A stretch of DNA of 64,000 nt, from assembly GCA_002189035.1 (NCBI GenBank), contig NEEC01000009.1, forward strand, positions 1,426,001 to 1,490,000. Direction: 5' to 3'. Numbering within the stretch: position 1 is the stretch's first letter; each line of letters opens with the position of its first letter. The notes beneath the pieces are model-generated. The model ran no database searches. It saw nothing but the letters and a program-made list of their open reading frames with translations, and had not been told where the DNA came from. Below, in pieces: positions 1 through 11,245 of the stretch. Source of the stretch: Utricularia gibba. Its lineage: Eukaryota; Plantae; Magnoliophyta. The position numbers and the translations under genes are program-made.

Positions 1-243
1 TCTTCTTTCAAGATGCCGGCCCGACTGCCCCATCTTCGCCTTCACCACAACAACATCCGTGCGCAGGCGTCTGAACCTGCAGTGGGGTTGATACCCTTCC
101 GATTAACATTTGCACATGACATGGAGAGCAATCTGAACAAAACCTTCTCCTTACTCAAGGCCAGGGGATTGATCAAGCCCGGTGATCTGGTCATCGCTGT
201 CACAGACATGCTGCAGTCAATCCAAGTCATGAATGTACCTTAA
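1..243 (+). CDS. Plastidial pyruvate kinase (PKp-alpha type), C-terminal part, 5'-truncated by the window; 1-nt frameshift in G-run 84-87
   Basis: One frame reads [27 protein letters not shown], then the ORF-track frame reads [51 protein letters not shown]. Together these match the recalled plastid PK C-terminus; joining them needs one extra G in agtggggttg. Confidence 0.9.
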   Translation, partial: SSFKMPARLPHLRLHHNNIRAQASEPAVGLIPFRLTFAHDMESNLNKTFSLLKARGLIKPGDLVIAVTDMLQSIQVMNVP

Positions 244-821
244 GAGAAGATGATTCTAGAGCCGCGATGTTTGCCCTTGTGATGCATACTCTAGACCTTA
301 CCTTGTCCTCCTCTTTTGAGAAGCAATGATGAGAGCTCAGCTGTTTTCCATCCATGGCAGATGCCAACTTGCAGACAACATACACTAAATGTTGTCTTCC
401 AGAAGCTGGTACTATAAATGCCCAACCAACCCCTCCCTGCTCACCTCACCACCTCTCCCTTCCAGCCACTCATTCAGCTGATCTTTTGCAACGCACCACG
501 ATATCCCATACCCCCCAAGTCACCCATAAAAGCGACAAGGCATCTCAGAAGCTCCACCCGCCTTTGATTTTCAAGACCATTGAGAAAAAAAATACTACTG
601 TTTCAGGTAGAGTCTTATGTCACTAGTGCGTGAGAATGTGGACCACAAGTCCCTAGCGCTGTCTCTGGTACTGTTGCAGCTGCAGAAATACAGACTGTCC
701 CATGTGCTCTGTCGACTCACATCCATCAGCCCACTTTTATTGTATTTCTCGCGCTCAAAGGCAGGGCAGGGTTACCCCTCCTTGCTTCATCATTAGACTT
801 CCATCTCCCAACCTTGGCCCC

Positions 822-1036
822 GGTCCGGTTAGGACACCATGGTTTGGTAGTACGTCCGGAAAATAATAAATTTTAAATCCACAAATTATATTTAAAGATA
901 TTCAAAATAAATTCTATAAAAAAAATCCCGGGTCCGGTTAGGAAACCATGGTTTGGTAGTACGTCCGGTTAATAATAAATTTTAAGTCCACAAATTATAT
1001 TTAAAGATATCTAAAATAAATTCTATAAAAAAAATC
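822..1036. repeat. Tandem duplication, two ~109-bp units
   Basis: ggtccggttagga(c/a)accatggtttggtagtacgtccgg...attctataaaaaaaatc starts at 822 and again at 931, with a few substitutions. Confidence 0.95.
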
Positions 1037-1122
1037 AACTTCCCTCTAGTAGTAATAGTAATAGAAAGAATACAAGGGCTACAGTTTGAATTATTAAATA
1101 AATAAATTCAATTTTGATTCCG

Positions 1123-2765
1123 TTAATTATTGACCGAGAGAGTGGCCACTCTAGGGACCTCAACGGGGAACTCATGGATCTCATCCATCCACGGGTTCTT
1201 TTCTTTTTCAGGGTCGACCCGTCTCAGGGCTTTCCAGACAGCGCTGTTGCATTTAAAACCCGACCCGAAAGCGATCTGCCAGGTCCGATCGCCTTTCCGG
1301 ATCCTCCCTTTGGCTTCCGTGTATGCCAGTTCGTACCACAGCGAGCTGCTGGAGGTGTTGCCGAATCGGTAAAGCGTCATTCTGGAGGGCTCCATGTGCC
1401 ACGGCGTGAGTTCTAGGTTCTTCTCGAGCTCGTCGAGGACCGCTCTGCCGCCGGCGTGGATGCAGAAGTGTTCGAAGGCGAGCTTGAAGTCGGGGATGTA
1501 GGGTTTGATTTTCATGTTGAAGGCCTTGCGCATGATGAGAGTGGCTAAGAAGAGGAGCTGCTCGGACATCGGGAGCACGATTGGGCCCAGGGTTGTGATG
1601 TTCGTCTTCAGGGCTTCGCCGGCGACGGCCATTAGATCTTTCGAGAGGGATACGCCGACTTCTCCCTTTTCGTCTTCTTCTTGGAACACGCAGGAGTAGC
1701 TTCTGTCGTCGGAGCCTTTGTGGGTTCTTACTGTGTGCATCAATTGGTATTTTGCGCGGCGGCGATCGGAGGGCTTGTTGGAGAGGAGAATCGCCGCGCC
1801 GCCCATTCGGAAAATGCAGTTGGAAACGAGCATTGACCGCTGGTTACCGAAGTACCAATTCAGAGTGATGTTCTCCATGCTCACAACCAGTGCATAGGAA
1901 TTCGGATTCACCTGAATTTGGGGTGGAGGGAAAAATTAGGGTTCTGGGAAATCGATCCAAAATCAGGATTACAGAAAATTCGGGATCCAATTGTTGGTAC
2001 CTGGAGGAGCTGTTTAGCGAGATCAATGGAGATCAATCCTGCGCTGCAACCCATCCCACCGAGATTGTAGCTCAGAATATTTCCCCTAAGCTTGTAGTGA
2101 TTGACGATCATGGCAGAGAGTGATGGGGTTGGGTTAAACAAGCTGCAGTTGACTACCAGGATTCCAATATCCTTAGCCTTGACGCCAGTTTTGTTCAGCA
2201 ACTCGTCAATGGCACCAAACATCACCATTTCAGCTTCCTTTCTAGCGGCAGCCATATTGGGATTTGCAGGAGCGCTCAATATAGCATCAGGGAAGTAAGT
2301 TTTCTGTCCCAAACCAGACCTCTCGATGATCCTCTTCTGAAACTCCAAATTCTCAGGGGTGAAACATTGAGCCTGGTTGGATTTTTCCATGAACATTTCT
2401 TTGGTGCACATATTCTCAGGCCGTGGTTTGTAGCAAGCAAAGTCTACAAGGAACACTTTTCTGGGTCTGCTCATGAAATAGAGCGTGGCTAAGAAGACCA
2501 TGAGAGTTGAACAAACAACGACTGTAACAAGGTTGAATCTGAGTTGATCCCAGAGCTGGATGAGGTCTTGGGATTCGAGAGTCGTGAGATGAAAAGAGGA
2601 GACGCCGAGGAACGGGACGAGGAGCAGATACATACCGTGAGAGATCAAGTAGTGATACCCAAGTTTCACATACTTGAGTCTCACGGACTGCTGGAAATTG
2701 GGAAGCCTGCTCTTCTGCTCTGCGTTCACTGAGATCTTCCCAACAGACTCACCTTCACTACCCAT
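1123..2765 (-). CDS. KCS: 3-ketoacyl-CoA synthase (KCS2/KCS20-like), 2 exons: 2765-2001, 1911-1123
   Basis: Motifs [28 protein letters not shown] (catalytic Cys), FCIHAGG and GFKCNSAVW; GT-AG intron 2000-1912 at the usual LLQ|V position. Confidence 0.95.
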
Positions 2766-5256
2766 ATTTTCTTCCGTGTTCCGAACTGCAGAATCAAACA
2801 AAGCCTCGCAGGGGGGAGAAAGACAGAGAGGAGCTGAGAATGAGGATGGGTGGAGTGTGGTATTTAAACAGGAAGAAGAAGAAGAGAGAAAGAGGGGGTG
2901 TAAATGAGGGGCCGGTGACAGATGGGAGGCCGGCCGGGGAAGCCAACTACCCGAACTAATTCAGCCTGTAAATTCAAAGCCAAACACAAGGAACTACTCA
3001 AACAATGAGCCACATGGGAGAAAAGAAAACTGGACACGGCATTTCATTTATTTATTTTTGAGAGAAGAGAGCCAGCCAGGACACGGGGGCGAAAGCAATC
3101 TGGTCTCGCCCCTTGATCTCCTCATCTGCTTGATTGCTTACCCCTAGATAAACAGAATCAGATCAGAGAGCGGCCATGGATTTTTGAGACAAGGGATCAT
3201 GACATGCCAGAGCAAAGCCCTGTTGCTCGATTATCCCTAACAGTGCTTGTTTATTTTGACTTTGATTCGAAATTAGTTGGGAGTTGGGAGGGAAGTGGAA
3301 GATTGAATGCAGTAGGGACGAGGGCAACGTGGGGTTGCTCTATCAATGAGCTGCTGAATGTTTTCGTGTGCGGGGAAGTCAAAAAGACGAAGACCCGTTC
3401 TTCCCTCGTCGGTCAACCCAACTTGCCCGGGCCCAGCTGGCAGATACCTTCCTTCCCCTTCATTTGGGCCTCACGTTGCCTAGCCCAATAAGAGCCCAGG
3501 CAAGTGATCGAGAATAAATAAATAAATAAATATATATATATATATAATATTTACCATGAATATAAATAAATATCTTCTGACACAGAAATTACACACCGGC
3601 ATGCCCACGTCCATCGCGGGAAAGAAGGGCTGCCACGAAATCTCAATCCCCATCCCGTGGGGCCCGTTTCTGACGCGTGTAAAATATCAACCCAACGACA
3701 ATATTTCTTTTTATAATATTTTCATTTTGAGTGGAACAAAATTCATAGAAGGGGTTTAATAAAAAAATGCATATTCATTTGATTATAGATAAATTAAAAT
3801 TCACGTAAATCTATTTAAATCCGCCCATGTGAACGTGATGATCCAGAAAATATTGATTATAATTCTAGTGTGCGAGCTTAATTCTTCCTTCTTATATAGT
3901 GATATTGTCAAGGTGTGTTTTATTTTGGTTTCTCAATATCAAGTGCACCGAAAATCCAGTTATGCATACCCCTCATAGATCAAACGTGTCCACATATTCG
4001 TTGGGGTGTCCGAGAGTTGAATACCATACTATTGAAATTAAGAATTCGAAAAATATACATAAAAACATATATTACATTATAGAAAAATAAGTCTAACTGA
4101 TTATTAATAATTTATAATGTTTTATATTTTTGATTATTTTATTTTCAAATCCAATTGTAATATCGTTATATTCTAATACATACAAAAACACAAAGCAAGA
4201 AGAAGAAGCCCTAGAAATGGCAACCGATTGATTGCGTATTTAGAAAGAAAGAAAGTCGTGTGTTGATGGTTGATAAGCGCGGATGCCCATCCTCTAACTA
4301 GTAATCTGATTATCACAGAAACAAGGGAGTGGTCGACCTCGTTGACGTCTAAATTCGGAGTGTCCAAGGAACTTGAGGTCGGAGCTGTGTGATGGAGCCT
4401 GGGGAGTTATCCTGTCCGCGTTTGGACACTCCCGGGCGGGCTGATTCAGAACGCACGGTCTGCATCGGGTGAGAATTACGTTCCACATACCCAGCAAAAG
4501 GCTCTAAAATCGTACGGTGATGATTTTGTTGTTGTTATATGTTGAACAACAATGGCGATGGTGATAAGAAGAGGATGAGGATAAGCACTCGCCCACTCCC
4601 AACATGTCACATGTCCCACCATCCCATCAACTTCCCTTTCTCATACCAGTCCACATTCACGTCTTACGGGCTTTTTTTCTTTGCTACAATTGTAAGTTTC
4701 CGATGCGGGTTTTGTTTTGGTTACTTGCTGCTTTTAATTAAACCAACGCACCGGCGAAAGCCTTTGGGGCAGCGGCCACATGGGCGCAGACCCCTCCCCG
4801 GGAACACGACACCCAATTCGAGAGATATGGAGACACGGGGCCACGTGGCGGGGATATCTACTTGGGGACACTTGCAGCAGATATTTGTTTAAATCATTCA
4901 ATTCTATTTTTCTTTAATAATAGAAATTGTGGTGTGTTTGTAATTTTTCTTTTTTTTTTTGTAAATGAGAAGTTGATTTGGGATATGCATGAACTTAGGG
5001 GGTACGGATGCATGTGATAGTAATTTCCATATATGAGTTTTATAAGCCACCAGATTTTCAGGAAAAATAATTTTCTGTTAAAAAAAATTGAAGCGAGGAA
5101 TATTCGAGGAAATGAGAGGAGGGATGCCACGTGTCGGCGGTAGGCGGCCCAGCGTGGGTGATTTATTGGTGAGCTTGTGATTTTATATATGGAAAAAAAA
5201 GGATGGCATCAATGATTCATCACTGGTAGAAGAAGAAGCAAGAGAGCGTTGCAGCG

Positions 5257-6555
5257 ATGGCCCACAAGGATACACAGCCGGGCGTCGCAGCCGCCAAGCT
5301 CAGGCGGGCTTCCAGCGCCGGTGGCGGCAGCGGCTCTATCATACTAGAAAGGTACCAACTCGGTCGTCTTCTAGGCCGGGGTAGTTTTGCAAAAGTGTAT
5401 CTGGGGACGTCTATGGAAAATGGCGACTCTGTGGTCGCAATCAAGGTTATAGAAAAGGGATCCACGATCGACGCCGCTATGGAGTCGGTGATTTTAAGGG
5501 AAGTCTCCGCCATGCGCCGCCTTCAGCATCATCCTAACATTTTGAAGCTACATGAAGTGATGGCCACCAAGTCAAAGATCTATCTCGTTATGGAGCTAGC
5601 CGAGGGCGGCGAGCTCTTCGCCAAGCTCTATCGCCTCTGTAGATTCTCTGAAGAGGCGGCGCGGAAGTACTTTCAACAAGTCGTCTCTGCCCTCCGATTC
5701 TGCCATCAGAACGGGATCGCGCACCGAGACATCAAGCCGCAGAATCTTCTGCTCGATAGAAACGGGATGGTGAAAATCACAGATTTCGGGCTCTCCGCTC
5801 TTCCCGAACAAAAAAGAGACGGACTTTTGCACACCGCCTGTGGAACGCCGGCGTATAGTGCGCCGGAGGTGGTGTATCGGAAAGGCTACGACGGCGAAAA
5901 GGCCGACGCTTGGTCGTGCGGTGTTCTCCTATACGTTTTCTTGGTGGGTCGCCTCCCCTTCGACGACAGCAATTTGGCGGAAATGTACAAGGCAATGCGC
6001 CGCCGCGCATTCGACATCCCCAATTGGGTTTCGAAATCGGCGAAGATCTTGATACAGAGGCTCATGGATCCAAACCCAGAAACAAGATTGAGCCTTAACG
6101 ACTTAGTTAAGCTTTCTTGGTTTAAAAAATCGTTTTCCCTTCAAAGTTTGAGCACCGATGCACAAAGTCATCTCGAATCAGAAGTGTCTTCTCAATACTT
6201 GCCCAGAAAGCCTACAGCTTTCGACATAATTTCATTCTCTTCTGGGCTGAATCTATCAGGTTTGTTTGAGGATGAAGAGTCCATAAAAGAAATGAAGTTT
6301 ACAAGTGCACTGAGCATAGGTGAGATCAAAGAGAAGGTGATGCAAGTTGGGGGTGAATTGGGATACAGAATACAGAGGGACAAGTGTGGTGAGATCAGAA
6401 TGGTGAACGGAGGAGTTCATTTGGTTGTGGAGATATGGGAAATGAGTGCAGAACTCTGGTTTGTGGAGCTCAAATTTACTGGTTGTGGAGTCGATTCTCA
6501 GTGGGAGGAAATGAAAAGAAAGCTCGATGGCATAGCACTTTCATGGGTGAATTGA
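5257..6555 (+). CDS. CIPK: CBL-interacting Ser/Thr kinase (SnRK3, CIPK4/7-like), intronless
   Basis: Complete kinase domain (GRGSFAKV, HRDIKPQN, DFG, APE) plus the NAF/FISL-type motif TAFDIISFSSGLNLSGLFE. Confidence 0.95.
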   Translation: MAHKDTQPGVAAAKLRRASSAGGGSGSIILERYQLGRLLGRGSFAKVYLGTSMENGDSVVAIKVIEKGSTIDAAMESVILREVSAMRRLQHHPNILKLHEVMATKSKIYLVMELAEGGELFAKLYRLCRFSEEAARKYFQQVVSALRFCHQNGIAHRDIKPQNLLLDRNGMVKITDFGLSALPEQKRDGLLHTACGTPAYSAPEVVYRKGYDGEKADAWSCGVLLYVFLVGRLPFDDSNLAEMYKAMRRRAFDIPNWVSKSAKILIQRLMDPNPETRLSLNDLVKLSWFKKSFSLQSLSTDAQSHLESEVSSQYLPRKPTAFDIISFSSGLNLSGLFEDEESIKEMKFTSALSIGEIKEKVMQVGGELGYRIQRDKCGEIRMVNGGVHLVVEIWEMSAELWFVELKFTGCGVDSQWEEMKRKLDGIALSWVN

Positions 6556-7634
6556 AAACCTTCATCTCTTCAACTACTACTCTGCAATTAGACACCAGAA
6601 TGATTTGGACCTTGGGGGCAGAGTTGATGAAATCAGGCAGCTTCTCTGAAGCTAACAAGACATCCTCCTCTGTAACCTGGTAGATTGCATAGTTACTTCT
6701 CCTGTTAGATATAATATGCTGTAATAAACGCTGCCGCTGCTGGTGCTCTTTTCTTGCATGTCTTCTTTCTTGCTGCAACAGTAAATGAAAGCATTCATTG
6801 GGAAGAGGCGTGTATTTAGTAGAACATGCATTTCTCTATTGGTTCCAACGTGGGATGACTGACTATCTATCTATAAACCTCAGCAGATGAGAGTTATTGT
6901 ATGTTCTCATAAACAGTTAAATGGCGCTATTGATGCAATATTGCAGACAAGATTATGTATATTCTGAATCAATGCAAGCAAACAATGTCCAAATTATCAG
7001 AGGCATCAAGATTCTTTTACGAGCCTTCAGCCAACATAGCACAGACTACCTTCTGAAACGAACACTTGGAGAACAGAAAGCATGAAAACGGACCTTGGTG
7101 GGCCATTGATGCAACAATGCACAGAAGATGTTCTGAAACAAATGAAGGAAAGCAGTGTCTGAAGATGGTTCAGGAGTAGTGGATCTAATACATCACCATG
7201 AAGACATCTGCTGCCATAGCGACTCAGCCGCTATTCCACTCTCTGTTCCATCTCAGAGACATGATGATCATCAAGAATGATTCGGCCTCAAAGCCTTCAA
7301 CTTTCATGGATCAGAGTAACTTTTACCTTCAAACTGACCCCTAGTTATCAGGAGGCGCCGTACGCAGCATTCACCATTCAGCCGCAGCATGGAGCGCCTG
7401 TGCTGCTGAGGAAACTGTAGAGGGGGCGTATGGTCTTCACCGGAAAGTTTCCAGTTTGGAATTATTGCGATGTTTACTGAGTATTCAATTGTCATCAAGA
7501 ATAATTCTGATGTTGCACAAACAGAATGGATAATGCATGAACAACACTAAACCAGGGAAAAGAAGAATCAAGAATCCTTCATACAAATCACGGTAATAAG
7601 CATAACAAGAACAAATACTAGCTTTTTCCTGATT

Positions 7635-8138
7635 TCAGATATCGGAATAGTCTCCCATCGGATTATCAGCCGCGTTAAGCAGAGATCCATACGGTGAATC
7701 AATCTCCGGCGCACGTAAAGCCCCATGAACGATCACAATCGCAGCCCCGATAACCACCGCAATCAAGAGCTTGAACCAAACGCTGGTCCACACAACCGCA
7801 CCCAAAGTCAACACGCTGAGAATTCCCACGATTATCCTTCGATCGGCTTCGTAATCGAGGACGGAGATAGTGTCCTCGGAAGCAAAAACCAAGTAAATCC
7901 AGGCGGCGAAGATGCATAGAAACAGGATTAATGATAGCGGCCGAAAGAGAAGGCTCAAAGCGAAGACGACAAAACCTAGGGCAACATAGTTTGGGAGGAA
8001 GAAACGAAAATTTTGTCTGATACGGAAGGAGGCCTCCGTCACGGAGACTGGGAGACTCAACGCCGACGTACTTAGAAACAGCGGCCACGGCCGGAAAACG
8101 CCCGACATCGGCGGTTGAGTAGCAGCCGCCCCTGACAT
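7635..8138 (-). CDS. PRA1: PRA1 (prenylated Rab acceptor) family protein, intronless
   Basis: FRPWPLF, RIRQNFRFFLPNY, four hydrophobic segments and the C-terminal VHGALR motif. Confidence 0.88.
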   Translation of the reverse strand: MSGAAATQPPMSGVFRPWPLFLSTSALSLPVSVTEASFRIRQNFRFFLPNYVALGFVVFALSLLFRPLSLILFLCIFAAWIYLVFASEDTISVLDYEADRRIIVGILSVLTLGAVVWTSVWFKLLIAVVIGAAIVIVHGALRAPEIDSPYGSLLNAADNPMGDYSDI

Positions 8139-8282
8139 TTCGCGTTGAATCGGGAAATAAATTCCCAGACTATTTTACTTATAAACTAGCATCGGCCTTC
8201 CGCCGGAAAAAAAAAAAAAAACTTAAATACTTCCATTAATAAACACAACCCCATTAATAAACACAACCTCCCACTTCACCTC

Positions 8283-8816
8283 CTACGGCATTGGTCCAAG
8301 GTACTCACCTTCCAAGCTAACAACAGCCCGGAAGTCCTTCTCAGTCTCCTCGTACTTCTCAGCGAGCACCATAAACCTTACAGCAGTCCCCTTCTCAATC
8401 TTCTTCCCAGATTTCTGATGCCTGAAGATGGGGTTATCACCTGGGACAAAGTCGAAGTCCGGCATTTTGCGATGAGAAAGGTATATCTTTTCAGCCGGCC
8501 CGCATCTCACGAACACCCCGTGCTTGAGGATTTTGTGGGCTGTTCCTTCCAAGACCTCTCCTGTGAACATCTTGAACGTGATGCAGCTGAACTCAACGGG
8601 AAACAAGAAGTCTCCTGAGTTCTGGCGAATGACTCCCTTCCCAATGTGCTCCAATGTTGTTACAGCAAGGTAATAGCCAAGGTCCCTGGAGCATTTCTTC
8701 ACCGCGAAGTCGCCCAGAAGTCGAACCAGTATAGCCTTTTGAAGCATCAATCCTTCTGGGTCCACGCTTTCAGGAGGAATCTCCACATTCCATGACAACC
8801 GGGATTTGAGATACAT
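8283..8816 (-). CDS. NRPE7-like: RNA polymerase IV/V subunit 7-like (RPB7 family), diverged tandem copy A, intronless CDS
   Basis: DLGYYLAVTT, LFPVEFSCITFK, HGVFVRCGP and SLEGEYLGP match the recalled NRPE7/NRPD7 sequence. Confidence 0.9.
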   Translation of the reverse strand: MYLKSRLSWNVEIPPESVDPEGLMLQKAILVRLLGDFAVKKCSRDLGYYLAVTTLEHIGKGVIRQNSGDFLFPVEFSCITFKMFTGEVLEGTAHKILKHGVFVRCGPAEKIYLSHRKMPDFDFVPGDNPIFRHQKSGKKIEKGTAVRFMVLAEKYEETEKDFRAVVSLEGEYLGPMP

Positions 8817-9804
8817 CTTTAACTTGTGCTTCCTGTCTGTAATGAGACTATGTAATGGCTGAACGACATTGGAAAGTAACTCACAGACTGGCCGGACTTC
8901 ACTAATCTATTCAACAGTAATGACATATAACTTAACCTTGAAAATCAGACGATGCCACGAAGGGCTTCCTTCTTCAGTTCATCTCCCTTGAAAAGCGGGG
9001 GTATCGCGATATCTGCAGAAGAAGCAATGAGCTGACTAATACATCTGACTCTGAAAGGGTCCACGATTTGGGGAAAACCAGTTGAAATCATTACAGCACA
9101 CAGGCAATAGGCAAAAAGCAAAATATCGTATCCTAATGTAAGAAAGCACACTTCAGGGAGCACAAGTGCCAACCCGGAACTGAAGGTAAACAGAGCAATA
9201 ACACGAAATAGGTGAACATAAAAGTAGGAAAATCAGAATCGGGCAATATTTCTATGAAATTCAAGTAACAATTATCCTCAACTCTGGTTGCCAAAGGAGC
9301 CAATTTTCGCCATCTAAACTTCAACTGCGTTTCCAAATTGACACCCATTTCACCAGATTACAGGAATCTGGTTCGCAGCCGCATAATACATCAGAAGAAA
9401 TCGGAGAAAGCGTAATCACAAGTTTTGCAACGCGAAAATTCTGGAAAAACTACATCAGCACTGGACAGAACAAGACTAACCTTTCGTTTTCCTCCACAAA
9501 TACGCTTTGTTTCAAGCTTGCCTGGAAGAATCCCTATCCCCCAAAACAAAAAGATTGAAACTTGAACAAGGAAAACACTCTTCTGTTCGTTGTTGGGCTT
9601 TATTTTTTCACTTCGTACTTTGTATTGAAATTTAACTATTTTGAATAAAAATAGTTACATTATCATCGCAAGTCTCAACTTGCCGAGTTGCAGAGATACA
9701 AGCTGCTCTGGATGTAATCTAATGTAAAATTGCATATCGGATAGATGACGCTTTGGCGCATGCTACAAAAAAGAACATTGCGGGACCACAAGAGAATTAA
9801 GGTT

Positions 9805-10335
9805 CTAAGCTAGGGGTCCAAGGTAATCCCCTTCCAGGCTTCCAACCGCTTGAAACTCTTTGTCAATCTCCACAAACTTGATACCTATCACCAAAAACCG
9901 AAGCACAGCTCCCTTTTCGATTTTTGCTGATTTTCTGTTCATGAAGAAGGGGTTCTCCCCTGGCACAAACTCAAAGTCATCCATCTTCTGGTGTGAAAGA
10001 TAAACATTTGCAACAGGCCCACATTGCATGAAAACACCATGCTTCAGAATTTTGTGAACTGTGCCTTCCAACACTTCTCCAGGAAAAATTTTGAAAGTGA
10101 TGCAGCGGAAATCGACTGGAAAGAGAACATCCCCTGTCTGCTTCCTCACTTTTCCCTCTTCTATGTTTACCACCGTAGTCACAGCAAGAAAGTAGCCCAG
10201 ATCCTTTGTAGCTTTCTTAGCAGCAAAATCGGACATCAGTTGAGTAATAATAGCTTTCTGAAGTTTCAGGCCTTCGGTCTCCAGTTTCTCCATATTCAAT
10301 ATCACTTTCCATGACAACTTCAACTCAAGATACAT
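9805..10335 (-). CDS. NRPE7-like: RNA polymerase IV/V subunit 7-like (RPB7 family), tandem copy B, closer to the canonical sequence
   Basis: KKATKDLGYFLAVTT, GDVLFPV, HGVFMQCGP, PGENPFFMN and EFQAVGSLEGDYLGPL. Confidence 0.92.
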   Translation of the reverse strand: MYLELKLSWKVILNMEKLETEGLKLQKAIITQLMSDFAAKKATKDLGYFLAVTTVVNIEEGKVRKQTGDVLFPVDFRCITFKIFPGEVLEGTVHKILKHGVFMQCGPVANVYLSHQKMDDFEFVPGENPFFMNRKSAKIEKGAVLRFLVIGIKFVEIDKEFQAVGSLEGDYLGPLA

Positions 10336-11245
10336 CTTTTCAAAATGTTACCTGCAATCTACAAGACATGTAACGATTGTCCCACATTTCCTCACAGTAT
10401 TTCAGAAGAATGCTTGCTGTGAACTCAGTGTAAGTTTCACATTCAAGTATAAAGAACATTTTAAGAAAAGCATCTTTCATCAGTCCTCAAACCATGAATA
10501 TTAGAAAGTGAACATGCTCATGTTCCTCAATCTTGTTCCTTGTTGTCATAGCAGCGAGAATATTAAGATCATCTCAAACTTGAACCCAAAAAGAAGCGTT
10601 ACAGAAATCACATAGGAAAGGGCAACAGCACCTTCCTCATAAGAAATCATAAATTAATACCGGTTTAAATTAATCACACACAGAAAAACAGAACTTGAAA
10701 AGATTGAATACAAATAAAGGAAACGCTTCCGTTTTATGCCATAGAACTCGAACAAAAAGGAAAAATTAAAGACGCTCGAAAGGCAGATGCCAGAATCCCG
10801 ATCAAGAATTATCCAAAAAATGCACCGCACAAAAGCGTGAGAAATGAAGAAAGTAAGGTAAATGCGGAGTGATACCACCACCCACTGCAACTGTTCCACC
10901 TCCCTGCTCCGGCTCCACTTGGATTTAGCACCGGCGAAGGGTTCCATTATATGAAACTTGTGCTTTTTTTCTTTTTTTGAGGATGTGGAAAACAGAAAGT
11001 ACCAAACCTACCCTCTCATCAAAGGTGTTTTTAAAAATTATTATTTTAATATAAAAGGGTTATTTCTCAGAACGGCCAAAATGGTGTATTGATTCAGAGA
11101 GCGTATGAGAGAGAGAGATCGAGGCGAAAATTTCAAATTCCGGTGTTCCCGCTGGTTGCTGAACACGAATCCTGAAAATCAGCAAGCACGCCATTTCAGC
11201 CACGCGGTACGCTAAGCGGAAGCCCAATTGATTTCAGACAGAAGG

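Noticed and set aside
715-800. Minus-strand ATGATGA...CTGA resembling a C/D-box snoRNA
   Set aside because: Marginal terminal stem and no rRNA-complementary guide that I could identify; a few such box pairs are expected by chance in 64 kb.
4357-4431. 11-bp inverted repeat GGAGTGTCCAA/TTGGACACTCC as a possible miRNA hairpin
   Set aside because: The stem does not extend, matches no conserved miRNA I recall, and about one such repeat is expected by chance in this window.
6200-6270. CIPK 'NAF' motif reads TAF
   Set aside because: As I recall, TAF is normal in the CIPK4/CIPK7 clade, so it is not a novelty.
6476-7500. Coding-looking ORFs between CIPK and PRA1 (e.g. 6476-6778 minus, 7304-7498 minus)
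   Set aside because: No recognisable homology or consistent splice chain; probably UTR or intergenic sequence.
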